From: Candidatus Firestoneibacteriota bacterium
GTDB lineage: Bacteria; Oederibacteriota; D2-FULL-39-29; JBBTED01
Direction: 5' to 3'
DNA length: 64,000 bases
NCBI GenBank assembly: GCA_038042445.1
Contig: JBBTED010000002.1
Coordinates: 14,783-78,782 of the forward strand
The notes beneath the pieces were generated by a model, which saw only the letters and a list, made by a program, of their open reading frames with translations, was not told the origin of the DNA and did no database searches. Each line of letters starts with the position of its first letter. The first letter of the stretch is position 1. Both the position numbers and the translations under genes were made by a program. Of the stretch, positions 37,888 to 47,379 are shown in pieces.

Positions 37888-38106
37888 TTAATTTCCCTTT
37901 GTAATAGCCGCATTTAATTCATTAACAAGAGTCTCTGGTTCAACATTGTGCATCATTGCGCCGAAACTTAATGACTCCATATTTATTCCAGCACAAGTAA
38001 AACATCCTCCTCCAAAATATTTTTCAATAACACTTTTTGTCTGAGGATATTTGGTAAGCACCTCACCTATCATCATATCTTTATTTATCTTAACAATATC
38101 AGCCAT
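37888..38106 (-). CDS. DUF1858-like small protein
   Basis: I.KDM.IGEVL.KYP.T, CFTC, ESL..GAMMH. Confidence 0.8.
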   Translation of the reverse strand: MADIVKINKDMMIGEVLTKYPQTKSVIEKYFGGGCFTCAGINMESLSFGAMMHNVEPETLVNELNAAITKGN

Positions 38107-38119
38107 ATTACCTCACCTT

Positions 38120-38596
38120 TTAAGATACCCAGTCTTCTGAAAGAATATCACCTTTAATACCAACGACTATAGATTTAACTGGAATTTTGCGTTTACTCAA
38201 AGCAAGAGATTCTTGTGCAATAGCCACTAAACCAGCACAACAAGGAACCTCCATAGTCATTATTGTAATCGTATTCACCTGCGCATCTTCTATAAGAGAT
38301 TTTATTTTCTCTACATAGCTCTCCTGTCCTTCATCTAATTTTGGACAAGCAATAGCAATAGTCTTGCCTTTTAAATAATCTTTATGAAAATCCCCAAGAG
38401 CATATCCTACACAATCTGCTGATATAAGTACATCAGCTTTTTGAAAATATGGAGCCTGTGGAGAAACCAAATGCAACTGAATAGGCCATTGCCTAAGTTG
38501 CGATGCTCTCTTACCTATCTCATCTTTGACTTCACTTTCCTTTTCCCTGAAATCCTGCATTTTTGCACCGGGACAACCGCAATTTGACGCACTCAT
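38120..38596 (-). CDS. Cys-rich Fe-S-associated protein (C-terminal-domain type of hcp-linked ferredoxins)
   Basis: CGCPG, SQLRQWPIQLHLV, ADC, ACPKLD, MEVPCC. Confidence 0.7.
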   Translation of the reverse strand: MSASNCGCPGAKMQDFREKESEVKDEIGKRASQLRQWPIQLHLVSPQAPYFQKADVLISADCVGYALGDFHKDYLKGKTIAIACPKLDEGQESYVEKIKSLIEDAQVNTITIMTMEVPCCAGLVAIAQESLALSKRKIPVKSIVVGIKGDILSEDWVS

Positions 38597-39441
38597 TTTA
38601 ATCTACCTCCTTTTGTAGTCGTTCGCCTAAGCAAACGTCTACCTTTAACTACACATTTATTAGTGTAATTTTCTAAATCCTCAATAAATTTCTTGTATTT
38701 TTTCGCTGCTTTTTCTCCTATATTCTTTTCTGCTTCATTAAATTTAGAGAATATTTCACCAACTTGTGTTATCAAAAGTCCTCTATCAATCCATGGATAT
38801 AATATTTCGTCTTCTTTCTTTATATGTTGTGTTAGAAGTTTCTTATATTCCATAAGATGCTTAATAATTGCATTTTTATCGCCCTTTGTAAGGGCATCTA
38901 CTATTGATTTAACATGAAATCTACCTGCTTTATGATCTTCAAGCATCGTATTAATAATATCAAGATTGTTATCTACATATTTAAATAGAATATCCTCTTC
39001 TTTTGCATGATGAAATTTGTCCGCATAAGAACGTATAAAATCAACTATATTTACAATTAACTCTCTGCCAGATTTAGTTTTGACATCTAAAATCTCCATT
39101 ATATATGGTATAAGTGCCAATAATTTTTTTATCAAAATATGTTCATCTACTAATCTTTTTATTGGAGGCGAATATTTAATTTCTTTATTGTCTATTTTTT
39201 TAGCACATGGTTTAATTTTGGGTTTTTTGATTTTTCTATCTGGATAAATGTTCTTTTCTATTAAATACATTAAATCTATTTTTTGAGCATCAGGAAGATT
39301 ATGTATATTTACAACATCTTTTAAAAGGCAGGAACCAACACTACAAGGAACACATCCAATATTAAATTGTTCCAATATTGTTCCAACTTCAGTAAACCTC
39401 GTGATAACTTCTTTTATTGGTGTGTTCAAATATTTTTCCAT
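38593..39441 (-). CDS. Hemerythrin (HHE) domain protein with Cys-containing N-terminal domain
   Basis: LVDEH, HHAKEEDILF, MLEDH, HIKKEDEILYP; N-terminal GCVPCSVGSC. Confidence 0.88.
   Translation of the reverse strand: MEKYLNTPIKEVITRFTEVGTILEQFNIGCVPCSVGSCLLKDVVNIHNLPDAQKIDLMYLIEKNIYPDRKIKKPKIKPCAKKIDNKEIKYSPPIKRLVDEHILIKKLLALIPYIMEILDVKTKSGRELIVNIVDFIRSYADKFHHAKEEDILFKYVDNNLDIINTMLEDHKAGRFHVKSIVDALTKGDKNAIIKHLMEYKKLLTQHIKKEDEILYPWIDRGLLITQVGEIFSKFNEAEKNIGEKAAKKYKKFIEDLENYTNKCVVKGRRLLRRTTTKGGRLK
38615..38642. repeat. Degenerate GTAG...CTAC palindrome within the 3' end of the hemerythrin gene
   Basis: gtagtcgttcgcctaagcaaacgtctac; related core attcgcctaggcgaat at 40830-40845. Confidence 0.55.
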
Positions 39442-39493
39442 ATCATCCAACCTTCTTTCTATTTAAAATATACTAGATATTGAAATATTTGTA

Positions 39494-39509
39494 TGTGATT
39501 TAAGTCACT
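39494..39509. promoter_or_regulatory. CRP/HcpR-type binding site at the class II activator position
   Basis: TGTGA-tttaag-TCACT; centre at -41.5 relative to a minus-strand -10 TATATT (39467-39472). Confidence 0.75.
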
Positions 39510-39513
39510 ACTT

Positions 39514-40170
39514 TTAAAATTCTTTTGGTTTTTCTTTGAAGAGTATAGAGATTTTTTTGCCCTGAATTTTGATTAGATTTTTTTTTTGTAATTGCTTTAA
39601 TGCTCTGGAAATAACCTCACGGACAGTACCCAATTTAGATGCAATATCCTGTTGAGATAATTTAAGCTCAATTATATTTGTTTTATTTTCATTTGCCAAT
39701 TTCAGCAAAAACTGCGCAAGCCGTTTTGAAACATCCATTAAGGAAAGCTGACCTATTTTTTCCACAAGCAAATCAAGATACTTTGAAAAAGTATGCAACA
39801 CTTTAAATGTTATATTAGAATTTTCTGCTAAAATTCTTAGCAAACCTGATTTTGAAATAAAAATTACTATAGAATCCTTCTTTGCCTCTGCATAAGCAGG
39901 ATATTTACCATCTTCTAAAAAAATAGGTGCTCCACCAAATATTTCACCATCATTAACAAAATGCAATATATATTCTTTACCTTCTTCTGATAATTTGTAT
40001 AATTTCAGCTCGCCTTTTTTTACAATATATATTCCCCTACATAATTCACCCTCTGAAAATACAATTTCGCCTTTATCAATTTTTAACTCTTTGCCTACAG
40101 AAAGAATTGCTTTTAAATCCTTGTTTTCTAAGCCAGAGAAAAATGGTAATGCTTTAAGAGATTCTTCCAT
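39514..40170 (-). CDS. Crp/Fnr family transcriptional regulator (HcpR/DNR-like)
   Basis: cNMP-fold sensor (GELKLYK..EEGKE), HTH SQQDIASKLGTVREVISR; no FNR Cys cluster. Confidence 0.92.
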   Translation of the reverse strand: MEESLKALPFFSGLENKDLKAILSVGKELKIDKGEIVFSEGELCRGIYIVKKGELKLYKLSEEGKEYILHFVNDGEIFGGAPIFLEDGKYPAYAEAKKDSIVIFISKSGLLRILAENSNITFKVLHTFSKYLDLLVEKIGQLSLMDVSKRLAQFLLKLANENKTNIIELKLSQQDIASKLGTVREVISRALKQLQKKNLIKIQGKKISILFKEKPKEF

Positions 40171-40177
40171 TTCGATT

Positions 40178-40831
40178 TTATATAGAATGCCTGATATTTT
40201 GGATTGCTTTGACTATATCTTTCTCGTGAAATATTGCAACTCCTGCCACAAGAATATTAGCACCAGCCTTAATAACTTCCAATGATGTTTGGGCATTTAT
40301 CCCACCATCTACTTCTATATCAACATTTAAATGGTTCTTAACAATTTTGGAACGCAGGGTTTTTATTTTATTTAAACAATTATGTATAAATTTTTGTCCA
40401 CCAAAACCAGGATTAACTGTCATTATTAAAACAATATCTACTTCAGACAATATATCTTCTATTAAATACAAAGGAGTTGCAGGATTTAATGCTACACCAG
40501 CTTTCATCCCACAATTTTTGATATGCTGTATAGTTTTATTCAAATGTTTACAGACTTCAACATGGACTGTTAATATTGAGCTACCTGCATTTTTGAAATC
40601 TTCTATATATCTATCCGGATCATTTATCATTAAATGAACATCAAATGGCAATTTACATTTACCCCTCAAAGCTTTAATTACAGGCTGGCCTATTGTAATA
40701 TTAGGCACAAAATTCCCATCCATTACATCTATATGCAAAAAATCAGCACCTGCTTTTTCCACTTTTATAATATCTTTCAAAAGACAGGAAAAATTTGCAG
40801 CTAATATTGACGGCGAGATTTTTATTTTCAT
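40178..40831 (-). CDS. rpe: Ribulose-phosphate 3-epimerase
   Basis: ISPSIL, HIDVMDGNFVPN, DVHLM, MTVNPGFGGQ, VDGGI. Confidence 0.97.
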   Translation of the reverse strand: MKIKISPSILAANFSCLLKDIIKVEKAGADFLHIDVMDGNFVPNITIGQPVIKALRGKCKLPFDVHLMINDPDRYIEDFKNAGSSILTVHVEVCKHLNKTIQHIKNCGMKAGVALNPATPLYLIEDILSEVDIVLIMTVNPGFGGQKFIHNCLNKIKTLRSKIVKNHLNVDIEVDGGINAQTSLEVIKAGANILVAGVAIFHEKDIVKAIQNIRHSI

Positions 40832-40854
40832 TCGCCTAGGCGAATTCCCTTTGG

Positions 40855-41784
40855 TCATAGTTTACGTTCCTCCACTATACTATTATTTATATATATATTT
40901 GCGATTGCTTCTCCTTTAACCTGAACACCAATTTCAATTTTTTCAGCCTGTTTACACATATTATTAAAAACTTCTTTTGTTCCACTATCATCAATTATAA
41001 TTATTTTAACTCGTTTCTCTGTTTTATCAGCTTCGCCTGGAACTATAAAAAATATATTTGCATAGCGAAAAGTATTTTCTTTATATCCATTTGAAAAAAT
41101 GGTGAGTTCTATTATATCTTCTTGCTTAACAGGAGAATTAGCTGGCGGATTTTGATTCATTATTACATCTTCACTTCCTTCTGCAGTATCAGCTATAATT
41201 ATTTTGTAGGCAATTTTTGCTTTGCGCAAATTTGACTTTACTTCATTTATCTTTTTACCAATAAAACTTGGCATACAATACCACATATCCGCTTGACCAT
41301 TTGAAATCAACAAATTCACAGCAGACCCACGTTTAATAAGCGAACCTGCAACTGGTGACTGAGCTATTATTTCGTCCTTGCCTTTTTCATAGCTAAACAC
41401 ACTTGCAAGCATACCGGTTTTAAGCCCACATTGTTCCATAATTAAATTTGCCTGTCTTAAAGGACGTGATGTTATATCAGGCATATAAACTGTTTTTGAA
41501 CCTTCACTTACAACCACAGAAATAACTCTTCCTTTTTTTACACGTTCACCTTCAGATGGTTCCTGAGAAACTATATGATTTGCTGGAATTGATTCATCAT
41601 ATCTTCTTTCATCTTCTTTTATTGAAAGTCCTTTGCTTTCACATAAAGTCTTTGCCTGCTCTATAGACAAACCTTTTATTGAAGGTATTATTACTTCACT
41701 ACCACGAATTACCAATTTCATTGATACATAAGCAGTTATAAATACTATAAATAAAAAAAATATAGACAATAAAATTTTTTTCAT
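40855..41784 (-). CDS. Membrane-anchored PASTA domain protein (three PASTA repeats, no kinase domain)
   Basis: N-terminal TM; repeats ending IVSQEP...VVSEG, IIAQSP...LISNG, IMNQNP. Confidence 0.88.
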   Translation of the reverse strand: MKKILLSIFFLFIVFITAYVSMKLVIRGSEVIIPSIKGLSIEQAKTLCESKGLSIKEDERRYDESIPANHIVSQEPSEGERVKKGRVISVVVSEGSKTVYMPDITSRPLRQANLIMEQCGLKTGMLASVFSYEKGKDEIIAQSPVAGSLIKRGSAVNLLISNGQADMWYCMPSFIGKKINEVKSNLRKAKIAYKIIIADTAEGSEDVIMNQNPPANSPVKQEDIIELTIFSNGYKENTFRYANIFFIVPGEADKTEKRVKIIIIDDSGTKEVFNNMCKQAEKIEIGVQVKGEAIANIYINNSIVEERKL

Positions 41785-42806
41785 AGATTTAACGCTCTAA
41801 GCTGGCCACAAGCAGCACATATATCACTACCTTTTTCATGCCTTACAGTTACAGTTATTTTATTATTTTCTAATACTTTCTTCCATTTTTCAACCTGCTC
41901 AATCTTAACTTTCTTATACTCTACTCCAGAAACACAATTAAATGGAATAAGATTAACCTTGCATTTAATGTCTCCTGTTAAGGAAGCTAATTTCTTTATC
42001 TCTTTAAATGAATCATTAACTTTATCAATTAAAGTATATTCAAAGGTAAGCTTACCACCAGTTATTTTAGGATATGTTTTAACAAGAGGTAAAAGCTTCC
42101 CCAACGGATATTTGTTATTCACAGGCATAAGTTCACTTCTTATAATGTCATCTACAGAATGCAAAGAAACCGATAGATTTAATGGTATTTTCTCTTTTAT
42201 TAATTTTTCAATGCCCGGAACAAAACCAACAGTAGATATTGTAATTTTGCGTGGTCCAATATTAAAAGCTTCTGGAGCCATTAATATAGATATTGCATTT
42301 AATGTTTCTGTGTAATTTTCCAATGGCTCACCCATTCCCATAAATACAATATTATTTATTTGAACTTTAGAATCTCTTTGCACAAGAATTAACTGGTCAA
42401 GAATTTCTGCACAAGTAAGATTCCTTTTAAAACCACTTAACCCAGTTGCACAAAAAATACAACCAAATTTACATCCTACCTGACTAGACACACAAAGTGT
42501 ATTTCTGGCAGAATGAAATAATAATACACATTCAATTTTTTCTTTATCTTCGCATTCCAGCAAATATTTTGTTGTTTTATCTATTGAAGAAATTTTTTTG
42601 CTAACTATTTTAAGTTCATTCACACAACAATGCTCATTTAACATTTCTTTCAAATTCTTTGAAAGATTGGTCATCTCAGAAAAATTATATATATTCCTTT
42701 TATATAACCACTGCATTATCTGAACAGCATTATATTTTTTTCCGCCAAGAGAAACAATTTTCTCTTCTAACTCTTTTTTGGGAATACCTTTGATATTAAT
42801 TTTCAT
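41781..42806 (-). CDS. rlmN: 23S rRNA m2A2503/tRNA methyltransferase RlmN
   Basis: CVSSQVGCKFGCIFCATG, MGMGEP, AACGQL. Confidence 0.96.
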   Translation of the reverse strand: MKINIKGIPKKELEEKIVSLGGKKYNAVQIMQWLYKRNIYNFSEMTNLSKNLKEMLNEHCCVNELKIVSKKISSIDKTTKYLLECEDKEKIECVLLFHSARNTLCVSSQVGCKFGCIFCATGLSGFKRNLTCAEILDQLILVQRDSKVQINNIVFMGMGEPLENYTETLNAISILMAPEAFNIGPRKITISTVGFVPGIEKLIKEKIPLNLSVSLHSVDDIIRSELMPVNNKYPLGKLLPLVKTYPKITGGKLTFEYTLIDKVNDSFKEIKKLASLTGDIKCKVNLIPFNCVSGVEYKKVKIEQVEKWKKVLENNKITVTVRHEKGSDICAACGQLRALNL

Positions 42807-42897
42807 AGATATTATAGTATATCATAAAACAAAATTACTGTGTATAAACTTTTTTATGGAATTTGTACAAAAGGAAATGCTGCAAGAAAAATCAAAC

Positions 42898-44463
42898 TCA
42901 GTGTTTAAAATGCCTCATGCCTGTAAAAACCATTGCAATATTATGTTTATCTGCCATTGATATAACGTTTTCATCTTCTTTGGCACCGCCTGGCTGTATT
43001 ATACTGGTTATAGAAAATTTGGCTGCAACTTCTATATTGTCGGCTTTAGGGAAAAGTCCGTCTGATGCTAAACAAGAACCTTTTGCTTTATCTCCAGCTT
43101 GTTCACAGGCAATTTTTACTGAACCAACTCTATTCATCTGACCTGCACCAATTCCCAAAGTTTGTTTATTTTTCGCCACTACTATTGCATTGCTTTTTAC
43201 ATGCTTAACCACTTTCCATGCAAAAAATAAATCTTCTAATTCAGCTTTTGTAGGTGTTTTTTTTGTTACAACCTTAAGACTGGAAATATCAATATCCATT
43301 ACATCTCTATCCTGCACAAGCACACCTCCAACAACTTTTTTTATATCAAACCCTAAAACTGTTTTGCTTTTACTTTCAAGCCCGGCAATTTTCAAAATCC
43401 TGATATCTTTTTTCTTCTGTAGAATTTCCAATGCATCTGTATCATAATCCGGAGCAATAATAATCTCTATAAATTTAGAACTAATATGCTCTGCTATTTT
43501 CTTGGATAATTTTCTATTTAAAGTAATTATCCCTCCAAATGCAGATAAAGAATCCGCATCATAAGCACGTCTGTATGCTTCGTCTATATTATCAGCACAA
43601 GCAGTTCCACAGGGATTTGTATGTTTAATAATAGTAGCAGCAGGCATATCAAATTCTTTTATAATCTCAATTGATGAATTTGCATCAAGTATATTATTAA
43701 AAGATAGTTCTTTGCCATGTAATTGCACTGCTGAACTAATACAAGGTTCAGATATATTCAGCTCTTTATATTTATAAAAAGCAGCCAACTGATGAGGATT
43801 CTCACCATATCTTAAATCCTGAACTTTTTCAAATTTTACATCTAAAATTTTAGGGAATTTTGCATCATCTTTCTTAAATAATTTGCTAAAATGATTGTAT
43901 ATCATCGTATCATAAGCTGCAGTATGTTCAAATGCTTCAACCATTAATTCTCTTTTTGTATTATAGCTTATTTCACAATTATTCGTTTTAAGCTCACTAA
44001 TAATTTCTTTATACTTATTTGGATTAACCACAACTACTACATCCTCAAAATTCTTTGAAGCTGAACGAAGCATTGATGGACCACCTATATCAATATTTTC
44101 AATTGTTTCTTCCAGTGTAACATCTGATTTTGCAATAGTTTTTGCAAATGGATACAAATTAACCACCACCATATCTATAGGTATTATATTATGTTTTTTT
44201 AACTGATTTATATGTTCTTCATTTCTACGCAATGCAAGCAATGCACCATGTATTTTAGGATGAAGCGTTTTAACTCTTCCATCCATCATTTCAGGAAAAC
44301 CTGTAACTTCAGAAACATCAGTAACTTTTAAACCTGCATCTTTTAAAGCTTTAGCAGTTCCACCTGTAGACAAAATTTCCACACCAAATAATTCAAGACT
44401 TTGAGCAAATTCTATTATGCCTGTTTTATCTGAAACACTTATTAGAGCTCTTTTAACTTTCAC
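42898..44463 (-). CDS. purH: Bifunctional AICAR transformylase/IMP cyclohydrolase
   Basis: RALISVSDK, GRVKTLHP, RYGENPHQ, KHTNPCG, RHFKH. Confidence 0.98.
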   Translation of the reverse strand: MKVKRALISVSDKTGIIEFAQSLELFGVEILSTGGTAKALKDAGLKVTDVSEVTGFPEMMDGRVKTLHPKIHGALLALRRNEEHINQLKKHNIIPIDMVVVNLYPFAKTIAKSDVTLEETIENIDIGGPSMLRSASKNFEDVVVVVNPNKYKEIISELKTNNCEISYNTKRELMVEAFEHTAAYDTMIYNHFSKLFKKDDAKFPKILDVKFEKVQDLRYGENPHQLAAFYKYKELNISEPCISSAVQLHGKELSFNNILDANSSIEIIKEFDMPAATIIKHTNPCGTACADNIDEAYRRAYDADSLSAFGGIITLNRKLSKKIAEHISSKFIEIIIAPDYDTDALEILQKKKDIRILKIAGLESKSKTVLGFDIKKVVGGVLVQDRDVMDIDISSLKVVTKKTPTKAELEDLFFAWKVVKHVKSNAIVVAKNKQTLGIGAGQMNRVGSVKIACEQAGDKAKGSCLASDGLFPKADNIEVAAKFSITSIIQPGGAKEDENVISMADKHNIAMVFTGMRHFKH

Positions 44464-44476
44464 AATTTTCCTCCTT

Positions 44477-45928
44477 TTACCATATTCCTATAGCATTTTC
44501 TCTTGGTTTTTCTGCTTCAATCATAAGTGAAACCAATTTTTGCATTAACATATCTCTTAATTTAAAATCTTTATTCCAGAGATTATTCGTTTCCATAGAA
44601 TCATCTATAAGATTATATATTTCTCCTTCATTTGTTGTTGGATAAAAATTCATCTTACAACCATTATAGATAACTGTTCTATTCTGAAATTTATTAAAAC
44701 CTTCTACCATTATAGCATCACGAGGATTTTCATCACCTGATAGTAAAGGAATTAAACTTTTTGCTGTAATTTTTGGTTTTGAAATTTTTGCTAAGTCACA
44801 AATCGTAGGCATAATATCATACGACATAATTAGCGAATCAACTTTTTTAGCTTTTGAAAACTTTTTAGGATACGAAAAAATAAACGGCACTTTAATTAAA
44901 GATTCGTAATAAAATGGGCCTTTGGTTGCAAGACCATGATCACCTAATAATTCACCATGGTCAGATACAAAAAATATTGCAGTATTCTCAAGCAATTGAT
45001 TTTCTTTCAAATAATTAATCACTCTTCCTACGTTTTTATCAATCAATGAAATCATTCCATAATAATGTGCTATCATTTTTTTCCAGTCATTTATTGTATG
45101 TTTCTGAAAACTTTTATACCGCCCTATACCAGTTTTTATAGTATATTCAGTTTTATAAGTTTTTAAAAAATGTTTAGGTAAGTTTTTAAATTCCTTCTCG
45201 TCCATAAAAATAGGATTGGGTATATCCTTTGGGTCATACATTTTATCATACGGCACTGGCGGATCAAAAGGATGGTGTGGATCCCAAAATGAACAATGCA
45301 GTAAAAAAGGTTTATTCTTGTTACGTTTTTCTAAAAATTTAATTGAATTATCTGCTGTCCATGTAGAACGATGTAATTCTTCAGGAATAGGACTACTATA
45401 CGTCTGAAATGGCATATCAGATTTATACGAAGTTGGATAATGATTTGCAGATTTCCAAAGGTCAGGACGCTTTTTCTTAATCATTTTTAGATATTGTGAT
45501 TTTTCCCCTTCCACAAAATTTATTTTTTCAAAACCATAGTATGGATATTTTTGGGGAATTTCACCGGGCTCATATACTGGCATATCAAACCCTCTGCTTA
45601 TAGGTGCAAAATGCATCTTGCCACTTGCAAAAGTTTGATACCCACTTTTTCGTAAAAGTTCCGGGTATACAGGAAAATTTTTTGATAAAGGAACCCCGTT
45701 ATCAGTATTTCCATGAACAGAAGGATACAATCCAGTTATCATAGAACATCTTTGAGGCACGCAAAGTGGCTGACAAACATAAGCATTTTGAAAATTCAAA
45801 CCAGTTTGTGCCAAAGAATCAATGTTTGGTGTTTTAATTACAAAATTACCATTACACCCTAAGGAATCAAACCTTTGTTGGTCAGTCAGAAAAACTAAAA
45901 TGTTTGGTTTATTATCTCTATTATTCAT
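44477..45928 (-). CDS. Sulfatase-like hydrolase (Cys-type S1)
   Basis: PNILVFLTDQQR, CVPQR, GKMH, PHHP, SDHG; no signal peptide. Confidence 0.9.
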   Translation of the reverse strand: MNNRDNKPNILVFLTDQQRFDSLGCNGNFVIKTPNIDSLAQTGLNFQNAYVCQPLCVPQRCSMITGLYPSVHGNTDNGVPLSKNFPVYPELLRKSGYQTFASGKMHFAPISRGFDMPVYEPGEIPQKYPYYGFEKINFVEGEKSQYLKMIKKKRPDLWKSANHYPTSYKSDMPFQTYSSPIPEELHRSTWTADNSIKFLEKRNKNKPFLLHCSFWDPHHPFDPPVPYDKMYDPKDIPNPIFMDEKEFKNLPKHFLKTYKTEYTIKTGIGRYKSFQKHTINDWKKMIAHYYGMISLIDKNVGRVINYLKENQLLENTAIFFVSDHGELLGDHGLATKGPFYYESLIKVPFIFSYPKKFSKAKKVDSLIMSYDIMPTICDLAKISKPKITAKSLIPLLSGDENPRDAIMVEGFNKFQNRTVIYNGCKMNFYPTTNEGEIYNLIDDSMETNNLWNKDFKLRDMLMQKLVSLMIEAEKPRENAIGIW

Positions 45929-47379
45929 AACAACCCTAATCTTTTAAATTGTTCACGTGGGGCATCAACTTGTTTCATATGTTTTACTAATAATTCTATA
46001 TATTTTTTCTCTATTTTTCTATCTGAAATTGGATTTAACTGCTCATAATCATTTTTTATATCAAAAAGAATTGAGTATTCTTGGTCCAAAGAGCGTTTAT
46101 TTTCTACTTCTGAACGCAAAACAGGAAAATCTGTATATGGTAAAAATTTCCCTAATTCACATTTTTTGAAAAATTCTTTTGATGGTAAATCATGGTGTGA
46201 AATTTTTGTAGGAGTTAAAAAATATTGGTATAGAGGTTTATTCTCTTTCTTAGCTGCTGCACGAAAATAGGTATATTTTCCATCTGTAATATTTACTGTT
46301 TGACCAAACCATCCATATAATGCTGTTTTTCTTTTTGACTCTACATTATCTTTAAGAATACTCATCAAAGAATACCCATTTATTGGATTGTTAAATTTAA
46401 CAGAAAAATATTCCAATATAGTAGGCATAATATCTATATTTTGTGATAATTGATTTCGTTTTTCTCCTGCATATTTGCTTTTCGGTAAATGCACAATTAA
46501 AGGAATATGTGCCATTTGGTTCCATGCATACCACTTAGATTTACCTGCTAAACCGTGTTCACCAAGCATATGACCATGGTCAGTAGTAAATATAATTAAT
46601 GTATCTTCAAATCCATTTTGCCTTTCTATTTCATCTAATAATTTGCCAAACCATTTATCCGCCATAGTTAAAGTAGCTGCATATTTCTTTCTTAAATGTT
46701 TTGTTGCCTCACTGTGTTCATTTACTTCTTCATACCCACTCCAGTCATAATGTTCACCTTTCCATGTATCATTATATAAATCTACGATTTCATCAGGAGT
46801 ATCAAATGGTTCATGAGGATCAAATGCTTCAACCCATAAAAAATAATCATCTGCATCTTTGTTGTTTTTAAGCCATTCAACAGCACCCTGAAATGTTCGA
46901 GGTGTAGGATAATTCGCATCAGTTTTGAATAAAGATTTATTTTTTGTATATAGTTCACACCATTGCCCAAGATGTTTTGGAGCTTTAATAGATTTTACTT
47001 TTGAAATATAACCATCATGCTCCTGACCTCTGTGAAATGCCCATGTATTAAAACAAGTATTATAGTTTTCTCCACCTACATGAAAATAATGATAATGATC
47101 AGTTTCCATATGTGTAAATATGCCAGCTTTTCTTAACAATGTTGGAAAAGGTATATCATAAGGCTCAAATCCTCCCCAACCTCGTTCCAAAAAATTCAAT
47201 CTACCTGTAAGCATATCTCGTCTTGCAGGCATACACGGTGCTGAACCAAGCCAGTGATTTGTAAAAATTAGTGAACGCTTGGCAAATCTTTCAATATTAG
47301 GAGTCTTTACCCAGGTATTGCCATAAATTGAAAGATAATTCCTATTCAATGAATCCATTAAAACAAATATTGCTTTCAT
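45925..47379 (-). CDS. Sulfatase-like hydrolase (Cys-type S1)
   Basis: MDSLNR, CMPAR, DPHEPF, TDHG; no signal peptide. Confidence 0.9.
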   Translation of the reverse strand: MKAIFVLMDSLNRNYLSIYGNTWVKTPNIERFAKRSLIFTNHWLGSAPCMPARRDMLTGRLNFLERGWGGFEPYDIPFPTLLRKAGIFTHMETDHYHYFHVGGENYNTCFNTWAFHRGQEHDGYISKVKSIKAPKHLGQWCELYTKNKSLFKTDANYPTPRTFQGAVEWLKNNKDADDYFLWVEAFDPHEPFDTPDEIVDLYNDTWKGEHYDWSGYEEVNEHSEATKHLRKKYAATLTMADKWFGKLLDEIERQNGFEDTLIIFTTDHGHMLGEHGLAGKSKWYAWNQMAHIPLIVHLPKSKYAGEKRNQLSQNIDIMPTILEYFSVKFNNPINGYSLMSILKDNVESKRKTALYGWFGQTVNITDGKYTYFRAAAKKENKPLYQYFLTPTKISHHDLPSKEFFKKCELGKFLPYTDFPVLRSEVENKRSLDQEYSILFDIKNDYEQLNPISDRKIEKKYIELLVKHMKQVDAPREQFKRLGLL

